Of a DNA stretch of 64,000 nt, positions 1 through 13,479 are shown piece after piece. Source of the DNA: Gordius albopunctatus (Eukaryota); the NCBI GenBank assembly GCA_964276515.1, contig OZ193909.1, positions 8,866,001-8,930,000 of the forward strand, read 5' to 3'. The translations under genes were made by a program, and so were the position numbers. Below the pieces are notes generated by a model that did no database searches, was not told the DNA's origin, and saw only the letters and a list, made by a program, of their open reading frames with translations. Numbering within the stretch: the first letter of the stretch is position 1; each line of letters begins with the position of its first letter.

Positions 1-120
1 CATAGTTACCGAAATGCTGGTCAACATCCTGAATATATGCTCTGACGATGAGTTGTTTGTCGAAGGCGAAGACGCTGAAAGTATATTTAGTTGCTCTTTA
101 ATTTTTTAGGTCCCCCCTAT

Positions 121-270
121 TAGTGTCGTAAAAACGGCTTTAGTCGACTAAACCTAAACAAACCAAAGATATTTTGGTGTATTTTCCTTAGTTGTAGGCT
201 TAGTCAAATTTGAAAAATAGAACAGAGTCTACCGTTAGTCTTAGTTAAATCAGCCGTTTTTACAACACTC
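121..270. mobile_element. MITE-like element with terminal inverted repeats
   Basis: Ends tagtgtcgtaaaaacggct and agccgtttttacaacactc are near-perfect inverted repeats; no clear TSD. Confidence 0.55.
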
Positions 271-2593
271 ATATATATACATATATATATATATATTACT
301 GTATATGCATTGTTAAGGCGCTGCTATGGGTGCGAGGAAAGAAGTTATAAAGAATAAAATTAGAGCCATCGGTAAAATGGCCCGTGTTTTCACCGTCCTT
401 AGGTAAATTTTAACTTATTCTTGAAATTCTTGATATTTCAATATTTAGGGAAGAGAACGAATGCGTTTTGAAATTAAAGGGATTAACTCCGACAGGCACC
501 ATTCCCCAAGGGTTGTTGTCGCAAGGAAGGTATTCCTTGCACGAAGGTATATTTTTGTGAATTTCTTTCGCTTTAATGCTATCAGTTCGATCATTAAATT
601 TTGTAACGCACAATAAACTTTCTTATAAGATGAGCGTGACTTTTCATGGCAAGCGTTTTTTGAAAATAACATAGTTTTTTGTTTTAAGTTTGATCGTAAA
701 ATTCCTTTAATATACTTTGATTCCACATATGCCTAAAAACGTTTAAATGAATATTTGTTCAAAGAATTTGACTCTCTTTTTTAGTCCTAAAAAGGACGGT
801 TATAAATGGGACTAGTTTAGTCTACTAAAGGGTATTAATATTTTATCGTTTTTGCTTTTGAGGTAAAAATGCTATTTTATTTTAAACTAAATATTAGTTT
901 GCGAAAACATGCCTATAGTAATTTTTTTATGTTTATATCATTTGCTCAACCAGGATATGAAGGTATTACAATTTTTTTACTACAATTGTTTATCTCCTAC
1001 TTCATTTTCCCATATTATTTCGCTTTTATCCACTCATTCACTTAGCTCTTAAAAATTTGCAATTGGACGGCACTGGGCAAATCAAGGGGTTTGCTGACGC
1101 CAAAAATTTGGATTCCGTGAACGAGAGGATGCCACCACGAAAAGATTCGCAAATGAGCAGCGGGGCCTCTTCACCCTACTCCGCTAAATCTATCACACCC
1201 AACGTCTCCCTCACCTCAGGCGGGACTGCCAATAATGCCTTACACAACCACGCCAACGATAGCACCGCCAGTGCCACGGCTAATAATCACGTTAGCGTCG
1301 GCAACAAATCATCTAATGATGGGAGTGGGAAAGGTGCTCACACAATGGGCAAAACTTCACCCAATTCAGCCCCTGTCTCTAATTCTAAAAAGTCTGGCAA
1401 CAAAAATAATACCGCCGCAGACCATAGAAAATAGGATATGTTTTTTATTGCGTTACACACATTCTAATCCCAGCGATTTACCCGTACCTAGATACCTTAG
1501 CGCGCTTTAATGCTCTACCGACCGCTGTACATAAATTGCAACGAAATATAAACCTCTTATATCCCCCTCCCCCGATATCCATGTAAAATTTATATATTTG
1601 AATTAGCTAAGAAAAATGAAAGTTTCTCGCAAACTTCAGATTTGACTATGTGCTTTCAAAGTTAATCGTTGTACACAAGCCACTCATTCATTTATTTCGA
1701 CTTTCCTTTTATTCGCTTTTGTTAAATGTGATCAATAATTGATAATTTTTCCTTCAAAACCCCGGGTCGCCTTTAATATACCCACAAAACACCTCGAGAA
1801 CTATGGCATGAATATTGTTTGTTGCGGATACCTCACTCTCCTTCCCAAAATGCATACAACCGCCGTAATATATCGTTTCGCACCTGTAACGCCTTACGTT
1901 TATTCAATTCATTGAACTCTCAATATCGTATTATTTTCACTCGTGACTCTGTAGTGCAATTAATTACAATGACACTTATTATAATCTCCTACTTTTCCCC
2001 CGCTAACCAAATATCATTTATCGTTCATTTCACTCAAAACTATGTGTATCACTCCTTTGGTTTACCATAACTATGCAAATATTACTTCTCATCTTTGCAC
2101 TAATAATTCATTGTTTCCTAAAATTACATCTTGCTTTCTTTAGTCATTGCAAAACAATTTTTATACTTTTTGGAATGCACCCTCCATATAAATCCTGTCA
2201 CTATAACTTCATTCAAAGCACCACTAACCTTATTGTGTCATCGTTAGAATCTTCATCAACTTGTCGTTTTATCATATAAATGTTGTAATCGTATGAATTT
2301 ATCTTACACTCTGGCCCCCTACATTATTTATTAAGGTATTTATACGACTAAAGGAATATACATTATTGTTGTTTCTGCGTTAATTGTAAAATGTTAAATT
2401 TGCTATGTTTTTGGCTATTTTGTTTAACGGTTTTGACCTTTCGAATATTTATATAAAATAAAAAATAATTCGATCATTCAGTTTTGTACTTAATTGTTAG
2501 TTTTATCATTAAGCCTTGATCCCTGTTGCTACAAAATGTAAAATTTTAAAATATTTTTTAATTGCTATGCAATTTATGGGCTCGTTTTTTGTT

Positions 2594-2667
2594 GTCCGTC
2601 GTTAGTCCACCAAGTTATTTACAACGGCTTTATGACCTGGAGGTTTGGATCGAGACCCGGAGAGGAC
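2594..2667 (+). other. tRNA-like (SINE-head-like) sequence
   Basis: 74 nt with gtcc...ggac ends and a B-box-like ggatcgagaccc; the 3' part is repeated at about 2953-2972. Confidence 0.3.
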
Positions 2668-2699
2668 AAAAATTGTTAATTTTTTTATAATTAAATTAA

Positions 2700-3505
2700 T
2701 ATTTTGTTCTTGTTAATACCATTGATAATATGACTTTTTGACCCTCCGCAGGCTACTGACCAATGAAAAAAATGACCACTGGCCAAATAAATCGAAATTT
2801 TTAGTTTTTGAATAGTTTAACATTGATAATTACCCTATGCCCTCCCCTACAAGGGCCTATGCCTCTATTGATATGGTTCCCTGTTCCCCTCCAAAGGCTT
2901 ATGCCTCTATTTATTGTGGGTTTGAATCCCGGGTAACGTTTTAAATTGCTGATTCGAGACCCGGAGAGGACAAATATTTTTATTTTTTTTTAAATTAATA
3001 TATTGTTCTTGTTAATATCATTGATAATATGACTTTTTGACCGTGTTCTGGATACTGACCAATGAAAAAATGACTATTGGCCAAATTTTGTTCGAAATTT
3101 TTTTTTCGTTTTTGAATTGGTATATATATATATAATGCAATTTTTATGATTTTTCCTGTTACTACCATTGCTATTATGACTTTTTGGCCGTCCGCTGGCT
3201 GCTGACCGATGGGAAAAATGACCATTGGCCTAATTGTGAATCAAAATTTTTTTTTCCAATTTTTTTGACTCTTATGATTGTTCCTGTTAATACCATTGAT
3301 AATATGACTTTTTGGCCGTCCGCTGGCTGCTGACCAATGGAAAAAATGACCATTGGCCAAAGTGAGCATCAAAAATTTTTTTCCCGTTTTTTTTGGCTAT
3401 CATTGACTTATAGAGGAGTATCTGTTGGTACTGACCAATGGAAAAAAATTACCATTGGCCAAAATGTAAATCGAAATTTTTTTTTGTTTTTTTTTGACTC
3501 GTATG
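2700..3505. repeat. Degenerate tandem repeat
   Basis: tgaccaatggaaaaaatgaccattggcc recurs at about 2757, 3056, 3203, 3331 and 3433 with shared flanks. Confidence 0.8.
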
Positions 3506-3740
3506 TATTTATAGACAAACATCTTTTATTAATTCATATATTACAATTTATAAAAATCATGAGGTAATAAATGTTTATTTGATTTTAACAAAATATTATT
3601 TTCAAAGTTGTCATCTAAAAGACATGTTCGCTTGTCTCCAAATAAAATTTTGCCCAAGTTAAATAATCTTTCCACAGGGGCACTTGATGGTAATGGCGTA
3701 TTATATTTAATAAATAGTTTTTTTAATGGGGAAAACTGTC

Positions 3741-6700
3741 TTCTTCTTCTTTATCGTGTTGAAAATTCCACAGACGTGGGGTACGTTTTCAGCAGCCTCT
3801 TCCATCTGAGTCGTGTGAATGCCATGCCAATTTCCATCTGTTTGACGTCCATATCCTTTTCGACCAGTCGTTTCCAGGTAGCACGTGGTCTGCCCCTTCC
3901 TCTTCTTCCAGGCACGTCCATCTCCAGCGTTCGGCGTGTGACATCGTCTTCGTCTCTTCGTAATACATGGCCGTACCACCGCAGTCGCCTTTCTCTTAAG
4001 AAGTCCTTCGTCGCTTGTATACCCATCTTTGTCATCAAGGATTCGTTCGTCATGCGATCCAGCTTGGTGTAGCCTAAGCTCCATCGCACCATTCTCATTT
4101 CCGTAACTTGCAAGAGTTTCTCCTCCGCGGTGGTTACAGCCCATGTTTCGCTCCCGTAAAGCAAGACCGGTCGCACGATGGTTTTGTACGCCTTGCTTTT
4201 CAACCAAATTGGTATCTTTTTGTCACACATGACACCGGAGATGCTGCGCCACTTGAGCCATGCTTTCTTGATCCGAGAATGGACTTCGGCGGTACATCCT
4301 CCCTCTTGATGTAATAGCGAGCCAAGATATGTGAACTTATCAACCTCCGTGTACCTTGGACCGTCAATTTTGTGCATTTGCGGACTACCGCCCATCGTTT
4401 GCATGTAAACCGTTTTCTTCTCGCTGACCTTTAACCCTAATTCCGAGAAACGTTCTGACCATTTTTTCGCCTGATGAAAAACCCCTTCTCTTCTTTCATC
4501 GCATAGGACAATATCGTCGGCATATAGCATAGTCCAAGGGGCTGGCTTGTGCAAGTCCTTTGTTATTGTATCCATAATTAGATTAAACAAGAATGGGCTT
4601 AACGCTGATCCTTGATGTAGTCCGATCATTATTCGGAAGGGTTTCGTTACTCCTACGGTAGTCTTAACAGATGCAACAGCGCCATTATACATTTCCTTGA
4701 TAATTCGAACTCGGAACCGTATCGTAGGCCTTTTCTAAATCGATGAAGACCATGTGTAAGTTCTTTCTTATGTCGCCATATTTTTCCATCGTCTGCTTCA
4801 ACGCAAAGATTGGGTCCATCGTTGATTTACCGGCCACAAATCCAAACTGATTGGGCGAGAGACAAACTTCGTCATTGAGCCTTTTCACTAGCACCCTTTC
4901 TAATAGTTTTAGTGAGTGGCAGGTCAACTTGATACCTATAAAGTTGCCACATTCCTGCGCGTCTCCTTTACCTTTATATATGGGTATGATCGTACTTTCC
5001 CTCCATTGGTCAGGGATACGACTCTCATACAGCATAGCGTTAAATAGGCCTGTCATTATATCGATTCCTTCTCCTTTGCACCCAAGCCAAGCTTCGATCG
5101 GTATATCATCGGGACCTAGCGCTTTCCCTTTCCGCATCTTCGTTAGTTGCGCTCCTATTTCATAAGCCTGAAATGGTAAAACCAAGTTCGAATTCGGTTC
5201 CACCCTCTCTAGCGGTCTTCTATCATTCGTTTTGTTCATCATATTTTGGAAATAATCTTTCCATCTTTTGATGACTTCCTTTGGTTTGCACAACGTTCGT
5301 CCCTCTTCGCTTTTAATGACTTTAAGTGTCCCGACATCTCGACTTTTTTTCTCCCTGATCTTTGCGAGTTTATACATGACTATGTCGCCGCCCTTGGTAT
5401 CGAGCTTGTTTGCCATCTCGGTGTAAGCCTCGTTTTTCGCTATCGCGACCGCTATCTTAGCTTTACGTTTCGCTTCACGATATGCCTCGTAGTCTTCTCC
5501 TTTCTTCGTTTTGTACCATCGTAGGTACAACGCCTTCTTTTCTTCTATAACCTCTTTGACCGAGTCATTCCACCACCATAGTTCACACTTGTGAGCTCTG
5601 CCGCCCTTAGTTCGTCCCAATATTTGAAAGGCCGTTTCCTTTAGAACATTTGCAACGGTGCCCCACCTTTTGTTAATGTCGCCCTCCAAGCCTGCAACCT
5701 TCAAGAGCGGAGTTGCTCGAGCGTGAAACATTTCATTTGCATGATCATCCTTAAGCTTTTCGTACTTCGTCCTTGGTGTGTAGACTTTTCTCCTTACGGG
5801 AAAAATCTTTCTTGCTATATCGAGGACAACTGGCCGATGTTGTTTGGCGATTTCTTCCCCCGGTGTAACCTTGCAATCTTTAACTTGCCACAAATTTTTG
5901 CGCTTCACTAAGATGTAGTCGACCTGTGTAAGGTGATCCCCACTATTGTACGTCGCTAAATGTTTGGTACGCTTCTGAAAGAAGGTATTAACAATGGCCA
6001 TATCGTAAGCTTGCGCCATCTGTAGTAACTTCTCTCCCTCTTTATTTTTTACTCCATAGCCATGCCCGCCGTGATTTCGTTCGTACACGCCCCTTTCTTT
6101 CCCAACGTGCCCATTAAAGTCTGCTCCGATGATGAGATTCTCGTCAGGCTTCACGTAGCGTATTTCTTCTTCGAGCTTCTCATAGAATTCGTCCTTCTCG
6201 TTTTCGGAACATCCAACCTGGGGCGAATACGCACAAATAACATTGACAAGGCCGCCTTGATCCGCCAGCTTTATGCACATCAATCTATCTGAGCATCGTT
6301 TGACTTCGACTACCTTGTCCTTAAAGGAATCGCTAAGCACTATACCGACCCCGTTCTTCCGTGATGGGGACCCGAGTAGTATAGCTTGTAACCATCTCCT
6401 AGCTCCCTGGCTTTTGTTCCATGCCACCGCGTTTCTTGTAGACACGCTATGTGTATCCTTCGCCTTTTTAGCATCTGCGCAACCTCGATGCTCTTCCCCG
6501 TCAGCGTGCCCACATTCCAGCTAGCCACTCTTGTCCGTTCGACAACTAGGTTCCTTAACCGCCTTCGTTGTGAGTGAGGCGGTGACCCTTGTATACTTTT
6601 CACATTGCACGGGCGGATGATGCAATGCGCGTCGTTTGGGGAGGACGCCCTAGCATTCTGGTATAAGTTCGTATTTGTTGAAGCTGCCATGGTGTTTGGA

Positions 6701-6781
6701 GTTGCTTTTTACAGCCGGCTTCCGACCTGACGCCAACCCTCCACTTTTTCACACGGACTTGGGACCGTCGTTGGTAGTGTT
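3741..6781 (-). mobile_element. Full-length RTE-clade non-LTR retrotransposon (APE endonuclease + RT), two frameshifts
   Basis: ORF pieces 6340-6690, 4685-6445 and 3751-4692 carry SWNV/LQET, GADFN, QGSALSP and YADD motifs. (GAA)n tail. TSD taatggggaaaactgtc at 3724-3740 and 6782-6798. Confidence 0.95.
6733..6781 (-). ncRNA. Twister ribozyme core at the RTE 5' end
   Basis: Minus strand reads AACACUACCAACGACGGUCCCAAGUCCGUGUGAAAAAGUGGAGGGUUGG. This matches the P1-type twister pattern: CAC/GUG stem, ACGG/CCGU stem around UCCCAAG, ACC/GGU pseudoknot, GAGG. Confidence 0.8.
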
Positions 6782-7238
6782 TAATGGGGAAAACTGTCTA
6801 AAAGATTTAAATTCCGGTTATTAGAAAGCAAAAAACGTTCAATTGATTCATTCTTTTCATCATTTTTTAATGCAAAAAAATCCATTTCTGATAAACTAGG
6901 TCCAGCCTGTTGAGATTTAGGAACAAACAAATTGATAGGAATATGAAAAAAATTAAAAACCAATTAAAGGAAATGAACTTTATATAAATTACCATAAGGC
7001 GAAAAATTTATTTAACAAACACTACCGTGAATAAAATACTAAATAATATTTAAATTATAAATTAATTTAAAAATTTTTAATGCAAATTGAAATTCGAAAA
7101 AGGAACTTGTAAGTAGTTCCTTTTGCGATAAATTGAGAAAAAAAGGAACTAGTTCCAGTTCCTTATTTTAAAAAGGAACTTATTAGTTCCTTTCTTTTAA
7201 AAAAAAGGAACTAGTTCCTTTAATAGCTCTATTTATAA

Positions 7239-7492
7239 GGAACTTTGCCCCCCTCCCTTTATTTGTCCCGTTGGTTCGCGCCCCCCCCCCAATTTTTTAC
7301 CGTCTTTCTCACCAGAGGGGGGGGGGGATGTTTTGCTCCTACCCCTTATATTTTACCCTCTTTTTACTGGTGCCCCCCCCTATTTTTACCCTCTTTTTTA
7401 CCAAGGGGGGAGCCCTCTCCTCTGGTGAGAAAGAGGGTAAAAAAAGGGGGGGGGCAAACCAACGGGACAAATAAAGGGAGGGGGGCAAAGTT
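7239..7492. mobile_element. Foldback MITE
   Basis: About 35-bp TIRs (aactttgccc...tgtcccgttggtt / aaccaacgggaca...gggcaaagtt); atttataa flanks both sides. Confidence 0.8.
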
Positions 7493-7765
7493 ATTTATAA
7501 TATATATAAAAAATTTTATCACAATTTTTGGATTAATATGATTGGAAAATATTGATTCGCACTATATGTCAGGTGCCAACTCTAATAGTAAGCTATAATA
7601 AAATCTGCTGAAAACCATGTTTAGTTTCAAACAACATTGCTAGATACCACGGTTTATATCAAGCAACTCTTATTATATCTTACTCAACCGGCACCTATCA
7701 GCAGCTTCAATCTGCTAGTGCTAGTAACCGGGTTATTAAGCACCATCTGCTCATTATGCTAGATG

Positions 7766-9077
7766 CAGAGGTCAGATTTGTTGGGAATTTTCTGCCCGAA
7801 CCCGGCCCGACTAAATTTTTTACCTTCATTGCCCGTCCGAACCCATCTAAGTGTCCGCCGGGGCCCGCCCGAATTGTTAAAGCTGCCCGAATTGCCCGGC
7901 CCGAAATATTAAATTTGCCCGTTAGTCCCGAATTTATGAGGTCCCAAAAAGAGGTCGGAGTAGTTTAAATTTTTCTGCCCGAACCCGGTCCGGTCCAATT
8001 TTAACTAAATTGCCCACCTGAACCCTTCTAAGTGTCGGCTCAGCCATGCCCAAACCATTAGAGCTGCCCGGCCTGATTAATAAAATTTTCCCGGTAGACC
8101 CGAAATTATCCAATCCCAAAATCTTTAGCCACTATTACAAAATAAGAAATGGCATATTGATCCAAACAAAGATGACATTCCGGGGATAATCTTGTGCGTC
8201 TTTCCTCTATTAATCTTCCTGCGATAGAAAAACTTCTTTCACTAGCAGCACTCGTCGCCCGGATGGCAAAGAGTATTTTTTTAAACCTTGCTAATTTAGG
8301 ATACCTAAAATAGTTATAATTTTTAGTTTGCTTTATTTTTCCACCGTGTTTTTTTAGTTGTTAAGAAATTAAATGAATTACAATTAGGCGCATCGTTAGA
8401 AAATGGCATGAGCCTTTGTTTTAAGTCTAGACGGCACACATGTGTAGTGTATTGCGAACAATGAAATGACTTTGGCTACTACATAAATATAAATAATCCA
8501 ATCCTTTGAATAATGGAGTAGGGCAAAGATTTAACTGAACGCGATAAAAATGTAATAAAATAATTTACTACCAGAGAGTAAAATGGTTTCTTCCATAGTA
8601 TTATTAGATTAGAGTAGCAGTTTACATGGACGTAGCGAGCATTAATATTAGAGGGGGGCAATAATGATTTAGGGAGGGGCAAAATGATCATTTTTTGAAA
8701 ATTTAGCCATAATTTTAATAAATTTTTGAGTTTAGAGGGGGGCAGCTGCCCCCTTGTCTACGCCCATGGCAGTTTAAATCGTTGTGATTTTATTCTTTTA
8801 TAATATAAACTGAAAATTAAAAATTTTTGATCTTGAGATAAACCAGTTAAACTAATTTATTCGAAATAAAATTTAATTTTGAAGAAATTGAAATTAGGAC
8901 ATTATATAAACGTACAATGAAGATTTAAGCGATGGAAAAAAATCTAGTCAAATTTATTATGGCCCAAAATTGTTAAAAGCGAATTTATCTTTTTTCAAGG
9001 AAAATTAATTTGATAAAATTTTGGGCATGCCGAATCTTATCAGCGTGCCCGCCGAGCCGGGCATTTATGGTCTCTGG
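7766..9077 (-). mobile_element. hAT element remnant with dimerization-domain fragment
   Basis: cagag...ctctg ends and subterminal gcccg repeats; about 8180-8303 on minus reads YPKLARFKKILFAIRATSAASERSFSIAGRLIEERRTRLSPE. Confidence 0.65.
8625..8768. mobile_element. 144-bp hAT-type MITE
   Basis: TIR catgg(a/g)cgtag; perfect 8-bp TSD gcagttta at 8617-8624 and 8769-8776. Confidence 0.85.
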
Positions 9078-10236
9078 TGCCAATTACCAGGGATTCTTTA
9101 CATAGATGATTTTATTCCATCTACATTTTGTTTTGTTATAAAAAAATGCTTAAAGATCTAACCTACCATGATGGACCTTTAGATTCTTAGGTGAAAAGTC
9201 TCGGAAATGATTAATTTATCTGTAAAGTACAAATGTATCCTCATTTAGAAAATGGTGGCCTAACATGTGGTAAACCATGTTAGATATGTGTTTTCTGTTT
9301 GTTTTTCTTTACATTATTTTTGTTATATATATATATTAATAAAATTTTGGAGAAATCATAGAAATGGTTTGCAAACTCAATTGTCACTGACAATTAATAT
9401 GGAAGTCAAAAACTAACAAAAAAATATTTATAAAGTACAAGTACATGCAAACAAATTTTTTAAGGTATAAAATGTATTGGTAATCAATAAATGTATGAAA
9501 ATTTGTCTATTCTAGAGATAAATTAAATGTTAAGTAAAGAAATTTTATATTATATTACTCTTAAATTGTCACTCAAAATTAATAGGGAAGTCAAAATATA
9601 GCAAAAAACATATTATAAAGTATAAGTACATGCAAACAAATCGGACTTCTACCTTAAATATCAGAGGCTGTAAAATCCTGAGGCAGGGCTATTATTTATA
9701 AATTAAATTTATTATTATAAAAACACCAAAAAATCTTTTGTCTATTCTTAGATTTCTATAAATATTAAGATACCTTGCCTGACTTTCGAAAAATGGAATT
9801 ATTCGGTTCATAAAATAGTTTTGTACAATGCTTATATGTATTAAATAAAATTATGTATGGATAATTAGAATACTTATTAGCTATTGATTGTCAAATTCAT
9901 GTATGATTTTACAATAAAGTATTTAATATTGTAATAAATGTATAAAACTTTAAATAAATTAATCCATATTTTAAGAATTAGTACAAGACTAAAGAAATGA
10001 TAAATGACATTGTTCTAAAAATTTATATTGACATCAAGTAAAAATATTTTATAATTCTAAATATATTTAGCAGATTTGGCTATTTATACAAAACAAATTT
10101 ACATACACTTAAATGCATCTTTGAAAAAATCCAATTTTCATAGTTACAACACAACGACTATATATAAAGTGATCATTTTATTATAAAGTTCACATTTTTA
10201 AATGGTAATGTATATCTTTTTATAATCATATATAAT

Positions 10237-11752
10237 TTATGCTTTTTCCTCTTTGACAACATCTTTTTTAAGTGGCCCCTAAGAAATTTAAGTTTAATAA
10301 AAAATATCATTTTTACCATAAATGAAACTCTATCATGTGTAGTTTGAAATCGTCCATGGCCAAATTTAGATGATGTGTCTATAAACTTTAATGTAATCTT
10401 CTCAGAAGCCACTCTCTTGGTTTGAACTAACAATGACTAAAAATTTTTATATATATTAATTCAAATACACAACCTTTCTAAGTGTAATAACACGCTTTTT
10501 GGCACCCATTACACATCCTTTCAACATAATAAAATCATTTATAACTTGCCCATAATGAGGGAAACCACCCTAAAAGAATAAAGCAACCTATTGGGTTTAA
10601 AATACCATAGGAGTTATTGACTTATCAGTGATATCATATTCAGTTGAAGCATTATTTTTAATAATCTTGCCATCCTTTTTATGAATGCCTTGACCAATTC
10701 TATATATTTTTTTGTTTATTTCAGTGCGGTGATGATATCCCTTTTGACCAGCTCTTGCAACTGTAAATTGTACACGACTAGGATGCCATGAGCCTATACA
10801 TGCAACCTTTCTAAGTCCTTTGTGAGTCTTTCTGGGTAATTTCTTAGTGTGCCATCTAGATGTAACACCTTTAAATCCTCTACCTCTTGTAACTCCAATA
10901 ATATCAATCATTTCATCCTGTGAAAAAACAGAATTTACAGGAATTTGTTTTTCTAAATGCTCCCTTGCCCAATCAATTTTTTCAGGCACAGTACCACCAT
11001 TTACTTGAATCTCCATAATATGCGCCCTTTTCTGGCCTTTGTGTAAAAGTTTCATCTAAATAGATGTTAAAACAAATGTATTCTTTTAACCTGTGTATGA
11101 GCTATTACGCGTATTGTAGAACAATATCTTTTCATCTTTTCAAAATCTTGTTGAATCTCTTTTTTTCCTGTTTCATCCTGCCATTTTAGGGCATATTTAG
11201 TAAAAGCCTTCTTCTTACACTTGTACCTTAAAATATTAGATTAAATATGAGTCTCATTGTAAAAACAAGAGGAGACTAAGTTTTTAGACAAGTTTATAAT
11301 TGGATATACTTACCAATTCTTATAGAAGCGTCTTTTACAATCTTCACTAAGATGCTCAGAAAAAATAGTTTTAAAGGTTCTTAATCCTTTGGGGGTGTCA
11401 ATATATCCAACAATACCTATAATAGCCATTGGAGGAGTTTCAATAATAGTGACGGCTTCCACAACCTCCTTTTTATTTAATTCTAATCAATTATAGTAAG
11501 AACAATATATAATACTTGATCCAGGCTTTTCTACATCCCTGACAATATGAGTCATGCCAGCTTTGAACCCAATAAAAGCTGTAAGGTGTATGGGTTTTGA
11601 CGGATCATCTTTTGGAAAGGACTTAACCTTTCCTCTATGGCGTCTACTCCTCTTCTTTGGAGTAAAGCCCATATGACCATGTCTAGGCGCTGAAAACTTT
11701 CGGTGAGACTAAAGATGTATTAGGTATAAATTTACACAAAATTACTTACCAT
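10237..11752 (-). CDS. RPL3: 60S ribosomal protein L3 (uL3), 8 exons, 402 aa
   Basis: Exons 11752-11750, 11708-11516, 11482-11314, 11226-11091, 11055-10606, 10569-10474, 10436-10317 and 10278-10237 total 1209 nt with GT-AG introns. Motifs [22 protein letters not shown] and [12 protein letters not shown]. Confidence 0.97.
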
Positions 11753-11778
11753 GGCAAAAAAGAGGAAATGAAATGAGG
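11753..11778 (-). promoter_or_regulatory. 5' TOP / TCT-like polypyrimidine tract
   Basis: Minus strand catttcatttcctcttttttgcc lies immediately before the RPL3 ATG, as is typical of ribosomal protein genes. Confidence 0.7.
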
Positions 11779-13479
11779 TATGTGGAAATTACGAAATGTA
11801 TGTATGGTGGATATTGTTAAAATCCAATTCGTCACTTTTTGCCAGGTAAGTGTCACACCATAAAGTATGGCTTAAGGGGGGGGTAGGGTGGCTAGTATTC
11901 TTTCCACTATTGACATCAAAAAAATTCTTGATCTGATCGTGTAGTAACAACCTTGTTTAAACTTAATTTAAAATTCTTGTTTCTTATAAATTTAAAAAAT
12001 ATAAACCTCATAGTATGGTTAATTGATTTTTAAAAAAATTAATAAATTATTATTACTTAGTCCTCTTTATTAAACGCACACAGTTGGTATGGACAAATTT
12101 AAATTTACAAATTAATTTGAAAATCAAATAAAATATATGAATTTCCTATTTAATACAAATTAAAATTAAAGACCTATTGTGGGTCAGACTTAGACATTAT
12201 TTTGTTATTGTTTTCTAGCTTCAAATATACAATTCCCTGAAATGTAATTTTTTCGTCTTTTACTCACCAAATTTATTAAGTTTTTTATTCCACAAATAAA
12301 TACCAATTCATCGCTCAACGCGGATTAACAATAATGAAAATTTCGTACAATGCGGTATAATAATAATAATATTTTGTAAAGCACGGTTTACAAATAATAT
12401 ATTTTTATGGAGTAAAAATGATCAGAGAAAAGCGCGAGAAGGAGGCGAGGATGAACGCGCAGAATAAAAATAAAACCTTAAAATAAACATTAATCAGCAT
12501 AATAAAATATGCTACAGACTTAAAAGATAATCATGCTTTCGGATTAAGTATAAGTAAGACACCTCTCCGACCTGGCAAATTATTTAATTACTATATTTAT
12601 TTGTGTATTTTAATTTATAAAAAATGGTGTGTTTTATGATGTTTTTCTAATTTCATGATTTTTCAATATTTAAAACTTATAATGTAAATAATATTAATTG
12701 ATCATAGACATTTATTGATATAATTTGCGCTTTTTATATTAGTGGACCGTGGTAGTCTTGATATTTTTATGGCTAATTTGACGTTTTCCAAATTCATAAA
12801 TGGTTTTTTGACGGGCTATAAGTGTAAGATAAACGGGTTGCTTATTTAAAAAAACATTTGAGACTAAGAAATTCATTATTATTTTACATTATTATTATTC
12901 TTGGGTATTTTCAACTTATATATGATTGTTTAAATAGTGAAAAAATTATTCGCATTTAGGGAGTCGAAAATAAAAAATCTAGTCTAATTAGTCTCTAATT
13001 AAAGATATGTCCTATTCGAGCGTATTTTTAGTCTCGGTAAATTAATTTTCAGTGAAAAGCGAACTAGCTTATTAGATGACAATACAGAAAATAACGTATT
13101 ATTGAAATCGAATTATCATTTATTACCTTCTGATTTTTATATAAATTTTTAAATAAATAATATCAAAAAAGAGTATTTCTCGTAACTTTAGGTGTAACTA
13201 GTTCCATCAGGTAAGTATCTGGAACTGTAATCAGTTACATTTGAAAATTTTTAACTGTAACTGTAATTAGTTACAATTTTGTGAAAGTAACTGTAACTTA
13301 ACTAGTTACTGTAGTAAAGTAACTTTAACAGCTCTGGTATTAATATATGAAAACTCGATTACAATTGGTAATTTTTTTTTAATAACAAATCTTATATAAA
13401 ATTTAATTCATTCGCTTGCTAATCTATATCGTATTATATTGGCAATTTAAAATGTATATATAAATACATTTAGTACATA

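Noticed and set aside
1057..2150. Ser/Asn-rich 125-aa ORF and downstream region as a host gene
   Set aside because: No ATG start or recognisable domain; may be a decayed LINE remnant but cannot be supported.
4685..6445. Programmed frameshifting in the RTE
   Set aside because: RTEs normally have a single ORF; the breaks look like ordinary indels or sequencing errors.
3608..6524. Plus-strand ORFs overlapping the RTE
   Set aside because: Antisense shadows of the RT coding sequence.
13180..13336. gtaact repeat cluster ending aacagctctg (similar orphan ends at about 7097-7230 and 48305-48370)
   Set aside because: Probably single hAT termini; no partner TIR or TSD found.
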